Positions 28,573-37,729 of a stretch of 37,843 nt of DNA are shown piece after piece. This DNA is from Hadesarchaea archaeon. Lineage in GTDB: Archaea > Hadarchaeota > Hadarchaeia > Hadarchaeales > WYZ-LMO6. Below the pieces are notes generated by a model. The model was not told the origin of the DNA. It ran no database searches and saw only the letters and a program-made list of their open reading frames with translations. How positions within the stretch are numbered: position 1 is the stretch's first letter; every line of letters starts with the position of its first letter. The DNA is taken from assembly GCA_029259185.1 (NCBI GenBank), contig JAPDJF010000035.1, positions 1 to 37,843 on the forward strand. The letters run 5' to 3'. The translations under genes and the position numbers were made by a program.

Positions 28573-30642
28573 TCAAAACGCACATGTGGGGGTGGGACAC
28601 CCACCCGAGTATTCGGGACCGGCCACGAGGTGCTTGGGCCTGCTTACGTAGAGTACCTGTTGTTCTTTGCTTCCGTACCGATACACCGTCACACCCTTAC
28701 ACTTCAACTTGTACGCTAACTCGAAAACTTTCCACACTTCTCTTTTCCTTGAGTTTTCAGGGAGGTTGACCGTTTTGCTCACACTGTTGTCTACATGTTT
28801 CTGGAATGCTGCCTGCATCCGTACATGCCACTCTGGCTTTATGTCGAATGCTGTTCGAAAGATTTTTCTCACCTCTCTCGGAACATCCTTCAATCCTTGC
28901 ACGCTTCCACGATTTTTGGCTATTTTTTCAAGCAAACCGATGCTGTAAAAACCCTTGCCCTTAGCGAGGTGTTCGAACACGGGGTTCACCTCGAACAGCC
29001 TGGTTCCCTCTAGGACGTTTCTCATGAATGAGACGGCGAATATCGGCTCTATCCCACTCGAGCACCCAGCTATAATGCTTATGCTACCCGTTGGCGCTAT
29101 GGTGGTGATGGTGGCATTCCTCATCGCGCCGTATTTTCCCCTCCAGATGCTCTCCTCGAAGTTCGGGAACGATCCCCTCCTCTCGCCGAGTTCGGCCGAG
29201 ACCCTTCTGCCAGTTTCGGTTATGAACTTCATGAGCTTTTCGGCGATCGAGATAGCCTCTTTCGTGTCGTAGGGAATTCCGAGTTTTATCAACAGATCTG
29301 CGAATCCCATCACACCCAACCCGATCTTCCGATTAGCTTTCGTCATCTCTTCTATCTCCGGTAGAGGGAACTTGTTAACTTCTATGACGTTGTCTAGAAA
29401 GCGAACTGAGATCTCCACAACCCGATGGAGTTTTTCCCAGTCCACCTCCTCCCCCCTTACCATCTTCGAGAGGTTGATGCTTCCCAGATTGCATGACTCG
29501 TGAGGGAGGAGCGGCTGCTCACCGCAGGGATTGGTCGCCTCTATCCTGCCCACCCCGGGGGTTGGGTTATGGCGGTTGATCTCGTCTATGAATATTATTC
29601 CAGGGTCTCCGCTTCTCCAGGCATTCTCCACGATGAGTTCCCAGATCTTTTTCGCCGCAACTTCTCGCACGGGCTTCCCAGTTCTGGGGTTGATGAGCCT
29701 GTATTCTTCGTCCCTCTTGAGCTTCTCCATGAAATCGTCGGTTATAGCCACGGAGATGTTGAAGTTGCTCAGTACCCCTTTCCTCGATTTCGCTGTTATG
29801 AACTCCTCGATGTCTGGATGGTCTACTCTTAAGATCCCCATCATCGCTCCCCTCCGTTTCCCCCCTGCTTTTATTATCTCCGTAGCGATATCGAACACAC
29901 GCATGAATGAAACGGGACCCGAGGCCACACCCTTGGTTGACTTCACGGTATCTCCCCGAGGTCTGAGTTTAGAGAAATCGAAGCCGACCCCCCCTCCAGT
30001 TTTTTCGATGAGGGCCATATTCTTCACGGCCTCAAATATGCTTTCCAACGAGTCCTCCACTGGCAACACGAAGCAGGCGGAGAGTTGTCCGAGTGGGGCC
30101 CCTGCATTGAAGAGGGTTGGAGAATTTGGGAGGAATTCAAGCCTGCTCATGACTCCGTAGAAATCTCGCTCCGCTCTCGTGGGATTTTCATCGACTTTCG
30201 ATACGGTTCTCGCGACCCTCCTCAGCATTTGGGCAGGGGTTTCGACGATTTCATTCCTCTCGTTTCTGAGGAGGTATCTCTTTCGCAAGACTGTTAAGGC
30301 GTTAACGGAAAGCTTCGGTTCCTCGATTCCCAGTTCCTTCCTCAGTTCTCGTATTTCAGCCTTCTTTTCTCTGTATTCCAAGTATTCTTTGGCGATCTCC
30401 TCGTAGCCCCGCTTCTGAAGAGTTTTTATGACGATATCTTGGATGTCCTCAACGGAAGGTATTCTCTCAACGAATTCCTTTTCGAGGGTTTGGAAAACTT
30501 CGTGCGAGATTTTCTTAGCGAGCTTTTCATCTCCCTCCCCCACTGCCACCATGGCTTTGTGGATGGCGTTCGTGATCCTCCTCAGGTCGAATTTTACTAT
30601 CTTTCCGTCCCTTTTCCGCACCTTGGATATCCGCATGGTCAT
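28573..30642 (-). CDS. nrdJ: Adenosylcobalamin-dependent (class II) ribonucleotide reductase with ATP cone
   Basis: VRKRDG ATP cone, PNSPTL, LSACFV, TNPCGEQ, CNLGS, IAPTGS, KGVTVYR; no intein. Confidence 0.93.
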   Translation of the reverse strand: MTMRISKVRKRDGKIVKFDLRRITNAIHKAMVAVGEGDEKLAKKISHEVFQTLEKEFVERIPSVEDIQDIVIKTLQKRGYEEIAKEYLEYREKKAEIRELRKELGIEEPKLSVNALTVLRKRYLLRNERNEIVETPAQMLRRVARTVSKVDENPTRAERDFYGVMSRLEFLPNSPTLFNAGAPLGQLSACFVLPVEDSLESIFEAVKNMALIEKTGGGVGFDFSKLRPRGDTVKSTKGVASGPVSFMRVFDIATEIIKAGGKRRGAMMGILRVDHPDIEEFITAKSRKGVLSNFNISVAITDDFMEKLKRDEEYRLINPRTGKPVREVAAKKIWELIVENAWRSGDPGIIFIDEINRHNPTPGVGRIEATNPCGEQPLLPHESCNLGSINLSKMVRGEEVDWEKLHRVVEISVRFLDNVIEVNKFPLPEIEEMTKANRKIGLGVMGFADLLIKLGIPYDTKEAISIAEKLMKFITETGRRVSAELGERRGSFPNFEESIWRGKYGAMRNATITTIAPTGSISIIAGCSSGIEPIFAVSFMRNVLEGTRLFEVNPVFEHLAKGKGFYSIGLLEKIAKNRGSVQGLKDVPREVRKIFRTAFDIKPEWHVRMQAAFQKHVDNSVSKTVNLPENSRKREVWKVFELAYKLKCKGVTVYRYGSKEQQVLYVSRPKHLVAGPEYSGGCPTPTCAF

Positions 30643-30731
30643 ATTCTTCTTCTCAAGAGAAAATAAACCGATTCACTAGGCGGTGAATTAAGGTTTTATT
30701 GAATTGAGGAAAAGAGAATTGGAGAGATGGT

Positions 30732-31916
30732 ATGGCTTGGGATCTGGGCATCGAAAGCTTGCTTGTGTGGCTATTGATATTTTTCATCTTCGGCATCCTG
30801 TGGAGCTACTTCACCCCTCAGCTCCTTTCACTCCAGTCGAACTTGATAGTCGGTAGAGTGCGCAAGTCACTCCGGGAGCTAGAGAATTGGGCGAGAGAGA
30901 CCCGCAGGATAGCACTGAGTTCACTCCTAAAACATGGTCGCACCAAGCGGGATATAGAGGAAGAACTCAACAACTTCCTGGAATTCTTCGCGATTGGGCC
31001 GGTCTCCGATGATCCGGTTGGGGTGTTGGGCAGACTCGATCACATTTTGGACGTGCGGAAGAAGAGATTCGAAGATGCTGTGGCGACTTTCGCGCCTAAG
31101 GCAGACCCTGAGACAGCAGCCACATTGGAGATGGTGATAGAGGGAGCGATCGCCAGTAACTTCCTCTACAGGGTGGTGAGACACTTTACCCTCCTAGCCG
31201 AGAAGACGAAGAGTTACCAGCTCATCATGGCTATCCAGATGTACATGCCGATATTCAGGGAATACGCCAAAGCGTACCGGGATGCGACGAGAACGTTTTC
31301 TCAGAACCAACCGATAGGTGACGGTGTGGGGTCTCTCGTGGCTGCTAAGCTGATGGGGGGAAGTAAACCGAGGGAGCTGGTGAAGGACACGGTGTTAGCC
31401 GAGACGGAGTTCGAAAAACGTAAATTACTGATCGTGAAGGCCAAGGGTCCGGGTGGGAGGGTCGGAAAACCCGGGGAACTGATAAACATGTTGGCCAAGA
31501 AGAGGCGCATCGACAGGATCATAATGATCGATGCGGCCTTGAAATTGGAGGGAGAACGTAGTGGGCACGTGATCGAGGGTGTGGGAGCGGCGATAGGTGG
31601 CCCACCCACCGAGAAATACAAGATCGAGCAAGTGGCGGTGAAGCACAAGATTCCCTTGGATGCGATCATCGTGAAAGAATCTTTCAGAGAGGCTATTACC
31701 CAAATGAATACCCGATTGGCAAGGGCAGCTGATATCGCACTAGAGCGGGTTAAGAAGGCTATAAGGGAAAGGACGAACCCTGGTGACTGTGTGGTGGTGG
31801 CTGGAATAGGAAACACGCTCGGGATCGGCCAAGGGGTGGGGGAGCTACCGAATAAATTCCCTCAGCCCAGCGAGGAAGGAGAAATAGAGTCGGATAAGCT
31901 ATTTATCCCCGTGTAG
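30732..31916 (+). CDS. DUF1512-like archaeal membrane-anchored protein
   Basis: N-terminal TM, PIGDGVG, KAKGPGG, IDAALKLEGE, GVGAAIGG, GIGNTLGIGQ. Confidence 0.8.
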   Translation: MAWDLGIESLLVWLLIFFIFGILWSYFTPQLLSLQSNLIVGRVRKSLRELENWARETRRIALSSLLKHGRTKRDIEEELNNFLEFFAIGPVSDDPVGVLGRLDHILDVRKKRFEDAVATFAPKADPETAATLEMVIEGAIASNFLYRVVRHFTLLAEKTKSYQLIMAIQMYMPIFREYAKAYRDATRTFSQNQPIGDGVGSLVAAKLMGGSKPRELVKDTVLAETEFEKRKLLIVKAKGPGGRVGKPGELINMLAKKRRIDRIIMIDAALKLEGERSGHVIEGVGAAIGGPPTEKYKIEQVAVKHKIPLDAIIVKESFREAITQMNTRLARAADIALERVKKAIRERTNPGDCVVVAGIGNTLGIGQGVGELPNKFPQPSEEGEIESDKLFIPV

Positions 31917-31948
31917 CTTTAGAGTTTTCTACAAAAAAGGGATTTCGA

Positions 31949-34138
31949 ATGCATCGATACAAACACGTATCGGACATAGAGAAGTTAATGTGGAAGCCCT
32001 CCCACGTAAGGAACATCGGGATAGTGGCCCATGTCGATCACGGCAAGACGACCTTGACGGATTCGCTGGTGGCAGCTTCAGGCATAATAAGCTTTGAACT
32101 CGCGGGAGAGCAGCTCTTCACAGATTTTCTGGATATTGAACAGCAGAGAGGGATCACCGTCCAAACTTCGGCTGTGAGTTTGGTTCACACACTCGGGGGG
32201 GAGGAATACTTGATCAACCTCCTCGACACTCCTGGACACGTGGATTTCACGGGAGACGTGACGAGGGCTTTGCGTGCTATCGATGGTGTGGTGGTGGTGA
32301 TGGATGCCGTTGAGGGGGTGATGCCTCAAACGGAAACAGTCGTCCGCCAAGCACTCCAAGAGCGCACGAAGCCCGTGCTTTTCATTAACAAGGTCGACAG
32401 GCTCATAGATGAACTTAAACTCCCTCCCGAAGCCATGCAGGCTAGGTTGGCGAAACTTATCTCTCAGTTCAACGAAATAGTGAGGAAATACGCCCCTCCC
32501 GAACTTGCGGAGGGGTGGCAGGTTAAGGTTGAGGAAGGATCGGTGGCTTTCGGTTCGGCTAAGGAGAAGTGGGCCCTGTCCACATCTCAGATGCGGAAGA
32601 AAGGTATCACCTTCAAGGATATCTTAGGGGCTTCACGGGAGGGGGGAAGAGAAGAACTCGCCAAGCGAACCCCGCTCTACGAGGTGGTTTTGGATATGGT
32701 AATCCGCCACCTTCCAGATCCTAGGGAAGCCCAGCGACTCCGTATCCCGATCCTCTGGAAGGGCGATTTGGAAAGTGAATTAGGAAAAGCGATGCTCTCA
32801 TGCGATCCGAAAGGAAAGGTGTGCATGGTCATCACCGATATAATAGTGGACGAGCAAGCTGGGGTTATATCTACGGGGAGGGTTTTCTCAGGAACGCTGG
32901 AGAAAGGGAAGCCGGTGAGATTGGTTGGGTCGAAGCAGGAGGCCAGAGTTCAGCAAGTTGGGATCTACATAGGACCAAAGAGAGAGATAGTTGAAAAGGT
33001 TCCCGCAGGGAATATCGCGGCGATAATAGGGATGAAGGAGGCTTACGTGGGGGAGACACTCGTGGAAGCCGGGGTCGAGGGGGAAGGATTCGAAGAACTC
33101 AGGTACATAAGTGAACCCGTCGTCACCGTGGCCGTGGAACCGAAGAACTTCCAAGACTTACCCAAGCTCGTGAACTTCCTCAGTAAAATAGCGAGAGAAG
33201 ATCCCAATGTGAGGGTCAAAATAAACGAGGAGACGGGTGAATACTTGGTCTCCGGGATGGGAGAGGTCCACTTGGAGATAGTGGAGTACAAACTCAAGGA
33301 GGCTGGGCTGGAGATCAAAACCTCGGAGCCATTGGTGGTCTACAGAGAGACGATTGTGGGGAAGGCTGGACCCGTCGAGGGTAAGTCCCCGAACAGGCAC
33401 AATCGATTCCAGATAAGTGTGGAGCCCCTAGAGCAAGAGGTTCTGAAGGCTATCGACGAGAAAGTGGTTAAGACCAAGCAGGACAACAAGGAGCGCGCAC
33501 GAATCTTGAGGGATCTCGGCTGGAGCGCGGATGCTGCCAAGAATGTGATGGCGGTGGTTGGGGGGAACATCTTAGTAGACATGACTAAGGGTGTGCAGTA
33601 CATGCGGGAGGTGGAGGACTATATCGTGGAGGCCTTCAGCCAGGTGGCCAACGAGGGTCCCGTAATGAGGGAGCCGATGAGGGGAGTCAAAGTATTGATC
33701 AACGATGCGGTTCTTCACGAGGATTCCGTCCATCGTGGCCCAGCACAGATCATACCCGCGGTTAGACGTCCAATCCAAGCGTGCGTGCTCCTAGCGAATC
33801 CCGTGATCCTCGAACCTCTATTTAAGTTGGAGGTGCATGTCCCAACGGAGTTTATGGGTGGGGCAATAAAGGTGATCCAAGGGAGGAGAGGGAGGATCGT
33901 GGCCATGGAGCCGGAGGGGGAGGCTACTACGGTCATCCGGGCCCTGCTTCCGGTGGCGAACTCCTTCGGTCTTGCGGCAGAAATGCGTTCGGAGACGGAG
34001 GGGAGAGCGATCTGGGCCACCGAGTTCGAACGTTTTGAGCGTTTGCCCCCTGAACTCCAGAGCCAAGTGATCTCGAATACAAGGAAGAGGAAGGGCATGA
34101 GCCCGGAGCCCCCGAAGGCTGAAGAGTTTATGGAGTGA
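31949..34138 (+). CDS. fusA: Translation elongation factor 2
   Basis: AHVDHGKTT, RGIT, DTPGHVDF, NKVD, GMGEVHLE, diphthamide loop HEDSVHRGPAQ. Confidence 0.97.
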   Translation: MHRYKHVSDIEKLMWKPSHVRNIGIVAHVDHGKTTLTDSLVAASGIISFELAGEQLFTDFLDIEQQRGITVQTSAVSLVHTLGGEEYLINLLDTPGHVDFTGDVTRALRAIDGVVVVMDAVEGVMPQTETVVRQALQERTKPVLFINKVDRLIDELKLPPEAMQARLAKLISQFNEIVRKYAPPELAEGWQVKVEEGSVAFGSAKEKWALSTSQMRKKGITFKDILGASREGGREELAKRTPLYEVVLDMVIRHLPDPREAQRLRIPILWKGDLESELGKAMLSCDPKGKVCMVITDIIVDEQAGVISTGRVFSGTLEKGKPVRLVGSKQEARVQQVGIYIGPKREIVEKVPAGNIAAIIGMKEAYVGETLVEAGVEGEGFEELRYISEPVVTVAVEPKNFQDLPKLVNFLSKIAREDPNVRVKINEETGEYLVSGMGEVHLEIVEYKLKEAGLEIKTSEPLVVYRETIVGKAGPVEGKSPNRHNRFQISVEPLEQEVLKAIDEKVVKTKQDNKERARILRDLGWSADAAKNVMAVVGGNILVDMTKGVQYMREVEDYIVEAFSQVANEGPVMREPMRGVKVLINDAVLHEDSVHRGPAQIIPAVRRPIQACVLLANPVILEPLFKLEVHVPTEFMGGAIKVIQGRRGRIVAMEPEGEATTVIRALLPVANSFGLAAEMRSETEGRAIWATEFERFERLPPELQSQVISNTRKRKGMSPEPPKAEEFME

Positions 34139-34146
34139 TCAGCGAG

Positions 34147-35273
34147 GGCTTTGCGCAATTAGCCCCTGAGGCCAATTTTCGTGCTTGGGGGCTCGGAGTC
34201 CCCTAAGGGCCGAAAGCCCCACGCTTCCGTCCCTGGGGCAGTGGCCTAGGAACCTCTTTCCTATGTTTACGGCTCCGTTGAGGTCGGCGTTGTACTCCAG
34301 CCCACACGACGAGCATTTGAAGAAGCCTTGAGAGACCCTTCGTCCTTCGTTTCCACAGCGGTGGCACGTTCGGCTGGTGTACGCCTCGCCGGCGCACGCC
34401 ACGCGGACCCCTTCCGAGCCTTGTACTCGATGTACCTCGACAGCCGGTGGTGGGGCATCGAGTGCAAGATGCGCTTGAGCTTCCCTTTGCCCGCTTGTGG
34501 ATTCCCTTCAGGTCCCCTATCACGATGATCGAGTTTCGCTCCTTAGCTTCGCTGACGATAGCCTTCGAGATCTTGTGGCACAGGTCGTCTATTCGCCGGC
34601 TCCTTCCCGCCTACCCGATCGATCACTTTCAGCAATTTCTTTTCTCCAAGCCGCTTTCGGAGCCACGTAATGACGCCTTATCCCCCTTGCTTCCTTCCCG
34701 TAGAGCTTGGGGGAGGTGATGTTGGCCTCCTTCTGCAGCGCCACAGACGCCGCGAGAAAGCGCTCCCCCAAGTCCACTGCGGGGACGCCGGAGGGATGCA
34801 TCGGCTTGACCCTACGCTTGACCGTGAGGTGGAGGAAGAACCTCCCGTTGCGGTGGACGAGCTGTGAGTCGGAGAGCTCAACCCTACCCGAGGAGAGAAG
34901 CTCCTCGTGGGAGCGCCACATCCGCAGCGGGCACCAGATGCGCATACAAGGTTGAAACGGATACGAAAAACCTGGCGAACCTGTTTCCGGTTTCGGTGAG
35001 CTTGAATGAGTCCTTATCGATGAGGATGGGAGCCTTCCGCCTGTCCCCGGCCTTCCAAGCTAAAGCACGGCAGTAGTAGGAGGCAGCCTCGTTTGCTCTC
35101 TCAGAGTCCGGCCTCTCAAGGGCCTGGGCGCGATCCCACGCTTGGAGGTCCTCCAGAAGCTTGCGCTTGAACCGGGTGAGGCCGTAGAGTTCAGCCCTTA
35201 TCGTCTTGGAGGCCAACATCGAACGTGGTCCGTCGGAACCATTTTAAGTTTTCCGGTATTTTTGTGTAAAGCG
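34147..35273 (-). mobile_element. TIR-bounded, TSD-flanked element whose only cargo is tnpB plus a right-end scaffold
   Basis: Ends ATTTTTGTGTAAAGC (35258-35272) and degenerate GCTTTGCGCAAT (34148-34159); direct repeat GATCAGCGAG at 34137-34146 and 35273-35282. Confidence 0.88.
34220..35219 (-). pseudogene. tnpB: TnpB RNA-guided nuclease, multiply frameshifted (3' limit approximate)
   Basis: Pieces in different frames: MLASKTIRAEL, AVDLGE (RuvC-I), IGDLKG, LSRYIEYKA, EAYTSRTCHRC, FKCSSC, NADLNGAVNI (RuvC-III). Confidence 0.92.
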
Positions 35274-35329
35274 ATCAGCGAGAAAACACCTTTTTAAAGC
35301 CCCCGAGTTCAGTTCCCATAAGGAAGAAG

Positions 35330-35863
35330 ATGGAGGCTTTAGCGAAAGCCCGGCTCTACAAGGATAAGGCGGTGGTCTGGGAAGAGGGTCAAGCCAACCA
35401 GCTGTATCAGCGAGGAGTTTTCGGAAAGCCATTGAGTGGGGGAAAACTTCAGCTCGCTCCAGTTGAAGTTCTTTACTTGGTGGAGAACGGAAAGTTGGAG
35501 GTGGTGGAGGGAAAGTCGGAGAGACCGATTTCCTTCGAGAAGTTGTGGGCGAGGTTCTCGAAGTCCGATCCAGATCTCATGCTGAAGTACAGGGTGTACT
35601 CAGACCTTAGATCGAGGGGATACGTGGTAAAAACCGGACTCAAGTTTGGTGCTCACTTCAGGGTCTATGGGAGAGGAGAAAAGCCAGGGGAGGTCCACTC
35701 AAGATACCTCGTTCACGCGATACCGGAAGGGACGAAGTTCACCCCTTCCGAACTCGCCAGGGCTGTGAGGTTAGCCCATTCGGTCAGGAAGACGATGTTT
35801 TTTGCCGTAGTTGACGATGAGGGAGATGTGACTTATTACTCCCTCAGGAGGGAAAAGCCGTGA
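35330..35863 (+). CDS. endA: tRNA-splicing endonuclease, short single-unit type
   Basis: VYSDLRSRGY, KTGLKFG, FRVY...HS, AHSVRK (Tyr/His/Lys triad present); TTTTTAAA box at 35291-35298. Confidence 0.93.
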   Translation: MEALAKARLYKDKAVVWEEGQANQLYQRGVFGKPLSGGKLQLAPVEVLYLVENGKLEVVEGKSERPISFEKLWARFSKSDPDLMLKYRVYSDLRSRGYVVKTGLKFGAHFRVYGRGEKPGEVHSRYLVHAIPEGTKFTPSELARAVRLAHSVRKTMFFAVVDDEGDVTYYSLRREKP

Positions 35864-36969
35864 TGCCTTGGGTCGATCCTTGGGGGACTTCCATCCCTCC
35901 AGATTACGCTAAGTTGATGAGAGAATTCGGGATTCGGCCTTTCGAAGACGTTCTACCGCGGATCCCAAAACCACATCACTTGATGCGGCGGCGGGTGATC
36001 TTCGGACACAGGGACTTCGAGAGGGTCCTAGACCGGATACTAGAGAATCAACCCTATGCGGTGATGACGGGGCTGATGCCCAGTGGGGGTATGCACATGG
36101 GCCATAAACTCGTGATAGACCAATTGATATGGTACCAGCGAACAGGGGCGGAGATATTCCTCTGTGTGGCCGATATGGAGGCTTTTTCCGCTAGGGGCGT
36201 GCCATACGAGAAATCGAGAAAAATTGCGATCGAGGAGTATTTAGCGAACTACGAAGCACTTGGATTGGATTTGGAGAAGTGCAATGTTTACTTCCAGTCC
36301 AAGAGTCCTGTCGTTCAAGCGCTGGCTTACAGTCTTGCGAGGAAGGTCAATTTCAGCGAAGTGCGGGCCATTTATGGGTTCTCGGGTGAGACCCGTTTGT
36401 CCCATCTCTACTATCCGATGATCGACGTGGCGGATATCCTCCATCCCCAACTTGAGACATTTGGGGGTCCACGTCCAACTGTTGTACCCGTGGGGATCGA
36501 TCAGGATCCCCACCTCCGGTTGGCGAGAGATGTGGCGGCTAAGTTTCACGGTGAGTATGGTTTTTTGCCACCATCTTCCACCTATCATCGTCTGATGCGT
36601 AGCTTGGATGGAAAGAAGATGTCGAGCAGTAACCCAAAGTCTGCCATATTCTTAACCGATAGTCCCTCTGTGGTGGCGGAGAAGATCAAAAACGCTTTCA
36701 CGGGTGGGAGACCTACCGCGAGGGAGCAAAGGGAAGTGGGGGGGAGGCCGGATGAATGCGTCGTCTATGAACTCTGTGTCTACCACCTGCTGACCGATGA
36801 CGATGATTTGCTTGAGTTCCGGAGGAAATGCGAATCCGGAGAAGTGATATGTGGAGAGTGCAAGCAGAGGGTCATAGAGCTGATGGACAAATTCTTGAAA
36901 TCTCTCGGTCACAAGAGGAAATCCGCGAGATCGAAAGTGCAGAGAGTATTGGGGCGTATGGAGTTCTGA
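35860..36969 (+). CDS. trpS: Tryptophanyl-tRNA synthetase
   Basis: VDPWG, TGLMPSG-HMGH, VPVGIDQDPH, KMSSS, AFTGGR, CGECK. Confidence 0.95.
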   Translation: MMPWVDPWGTSIPPDYAKLMREFGIRPFEDVLPRIPKPHHLMRRRVIFGHRDFERVLDRILENQPYAVMTGLMPSGGMHMGHKLVIDQLIWYQRTGAEIFLCVADMEAFSARGVPYEKSRKIAIEEYLANYEALGLDLEKCNVYFQSKSPVVQALAYSLARKVNFSEVRAIYGFSGETRLSHLYYPMIDVADILHPQLETFGGPRPTVVPVGIDQDPHLRLARDVAAKFHGEYGFLPPSSTYHRLMRSLDGKKMSSSNPKSAIFLTDSPSVVAEKIKNAFTGGRPTAREQREVGGRPDECVVYELCVYHLLTDDDDLLEFRRKCESGEVICGECKQRVIELMDKFLKSLGHKRKSARSKVQRVLGRMEF

Positions 36970-37026
36970 CGCCTGTTCAGGGGGGAGGGTTTTTATTTCG
37001 TTCGATCAGAGGAAGAGGGAGCCGAT

Positions 37027-37134
37027 ATGGGAAAGAGGCCACGGAAGTGGAAGAAAAAGGGGCGCATGCGCTGGAAATGGGTGCGTAAGCGGATGCGCCG
37101 AAAGATGCGTAGGTTGAAGCAGAGGAAAGGATGA
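37027..37134 (+). CDS. rpl41e: Ribosomal protein L41e (eL41/eS32), 35 aa, absent from the ORF track
   Basis: Translated by hand: [35 protein letters not shown]; T-rich TATA-like box at 36990-36998. Confidence 0.88.
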   Translation: MGKRPRKWKKKGRMRWKWVRKRMRRKMRRLKQRKG

Positions 37135-37186
37135 GGAAGTTCCAGAAAATCGTTTAAGGTTACAGAGCGAGTATTAAGGGAGTTCC

Positions 37187-37699
37187 ATGCCTTTAAGACC
37201 AGGACGTGCTTATAGGCATTTCAGCGGTCCGGCATACACGCGTAGGGATTTCGTTGAGGGCGTACCGGGGTCTCGAGTGACGTTCTTCGACATGGGAAAC
37301 CCCAGAGGTGATTTTCCCCTTGAGATCTCTCTCGTGGCCCTCCAGCAGGGGCAGATCAGGCACAACGCGCTCGAAGCCGCGCGGATGGCGGCCAACCGTT
37401 TACTCGAGACGAGAGTAGGGAGGAGCAACTACCATCTCAAGCTCAGGGTGTACCCTCACCACATCTTACGTGAGAACCCTATGGCGATAGGTGCCGGCGC
37501 CGACAGGGTGTCAGAGGGTATGCGTTTAGCATTTGGCAGACCTTTGGGAACGGCCGCCAGGGTGAGCAGGGAGCAGAAGGTGATAACCGTGAGGGTTCCG
37601 GAAGAATTTCTAGAGGTGGCCAAGGAATCCATGAGACGGGCGGCTAGCAAGCTCCCCCTGAAGTGGCGTATCATGGTGGAAAGGAAGGGGGGGAGCTAA
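37187..37699 (+). CDS. rpl10e: 50S ribosomal protein L10e (uL16)
   Basis: [38 protein letters not shown]. Confidence 0.96.
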   Translation: MPLRPGRAYRHFSGPAYTRRDFVEGVPGSRVTFFDMGNPRGDFPLEISLVALQQGQIRHNALEAARMAANRLLETRVGRSNYHLKLRVYPHHILRENPMAIGAGADRVSEGMRLAFGRPLGTAARVSREQKVITVRVPEEFLEVAKESMRRAASKLPLKWRIMVERKGGS

Positions 37700-37729
37700 G
37701 TCGTTTGTGGTCTTCCTTCACCTTACCAC

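Noticed and set aside
10831-30642. Inteins in radA, rfcS, ileS, topA or nrdJ
   Set aside because: Lengths are normal and motifs at the usual insertion points are contiguous.
35630-35660. EndA KFG instead of KYG as a catalytic loss
   Set aside because: The catalytic Tyr is the one in FRVY, ten residues before the His, and is present.
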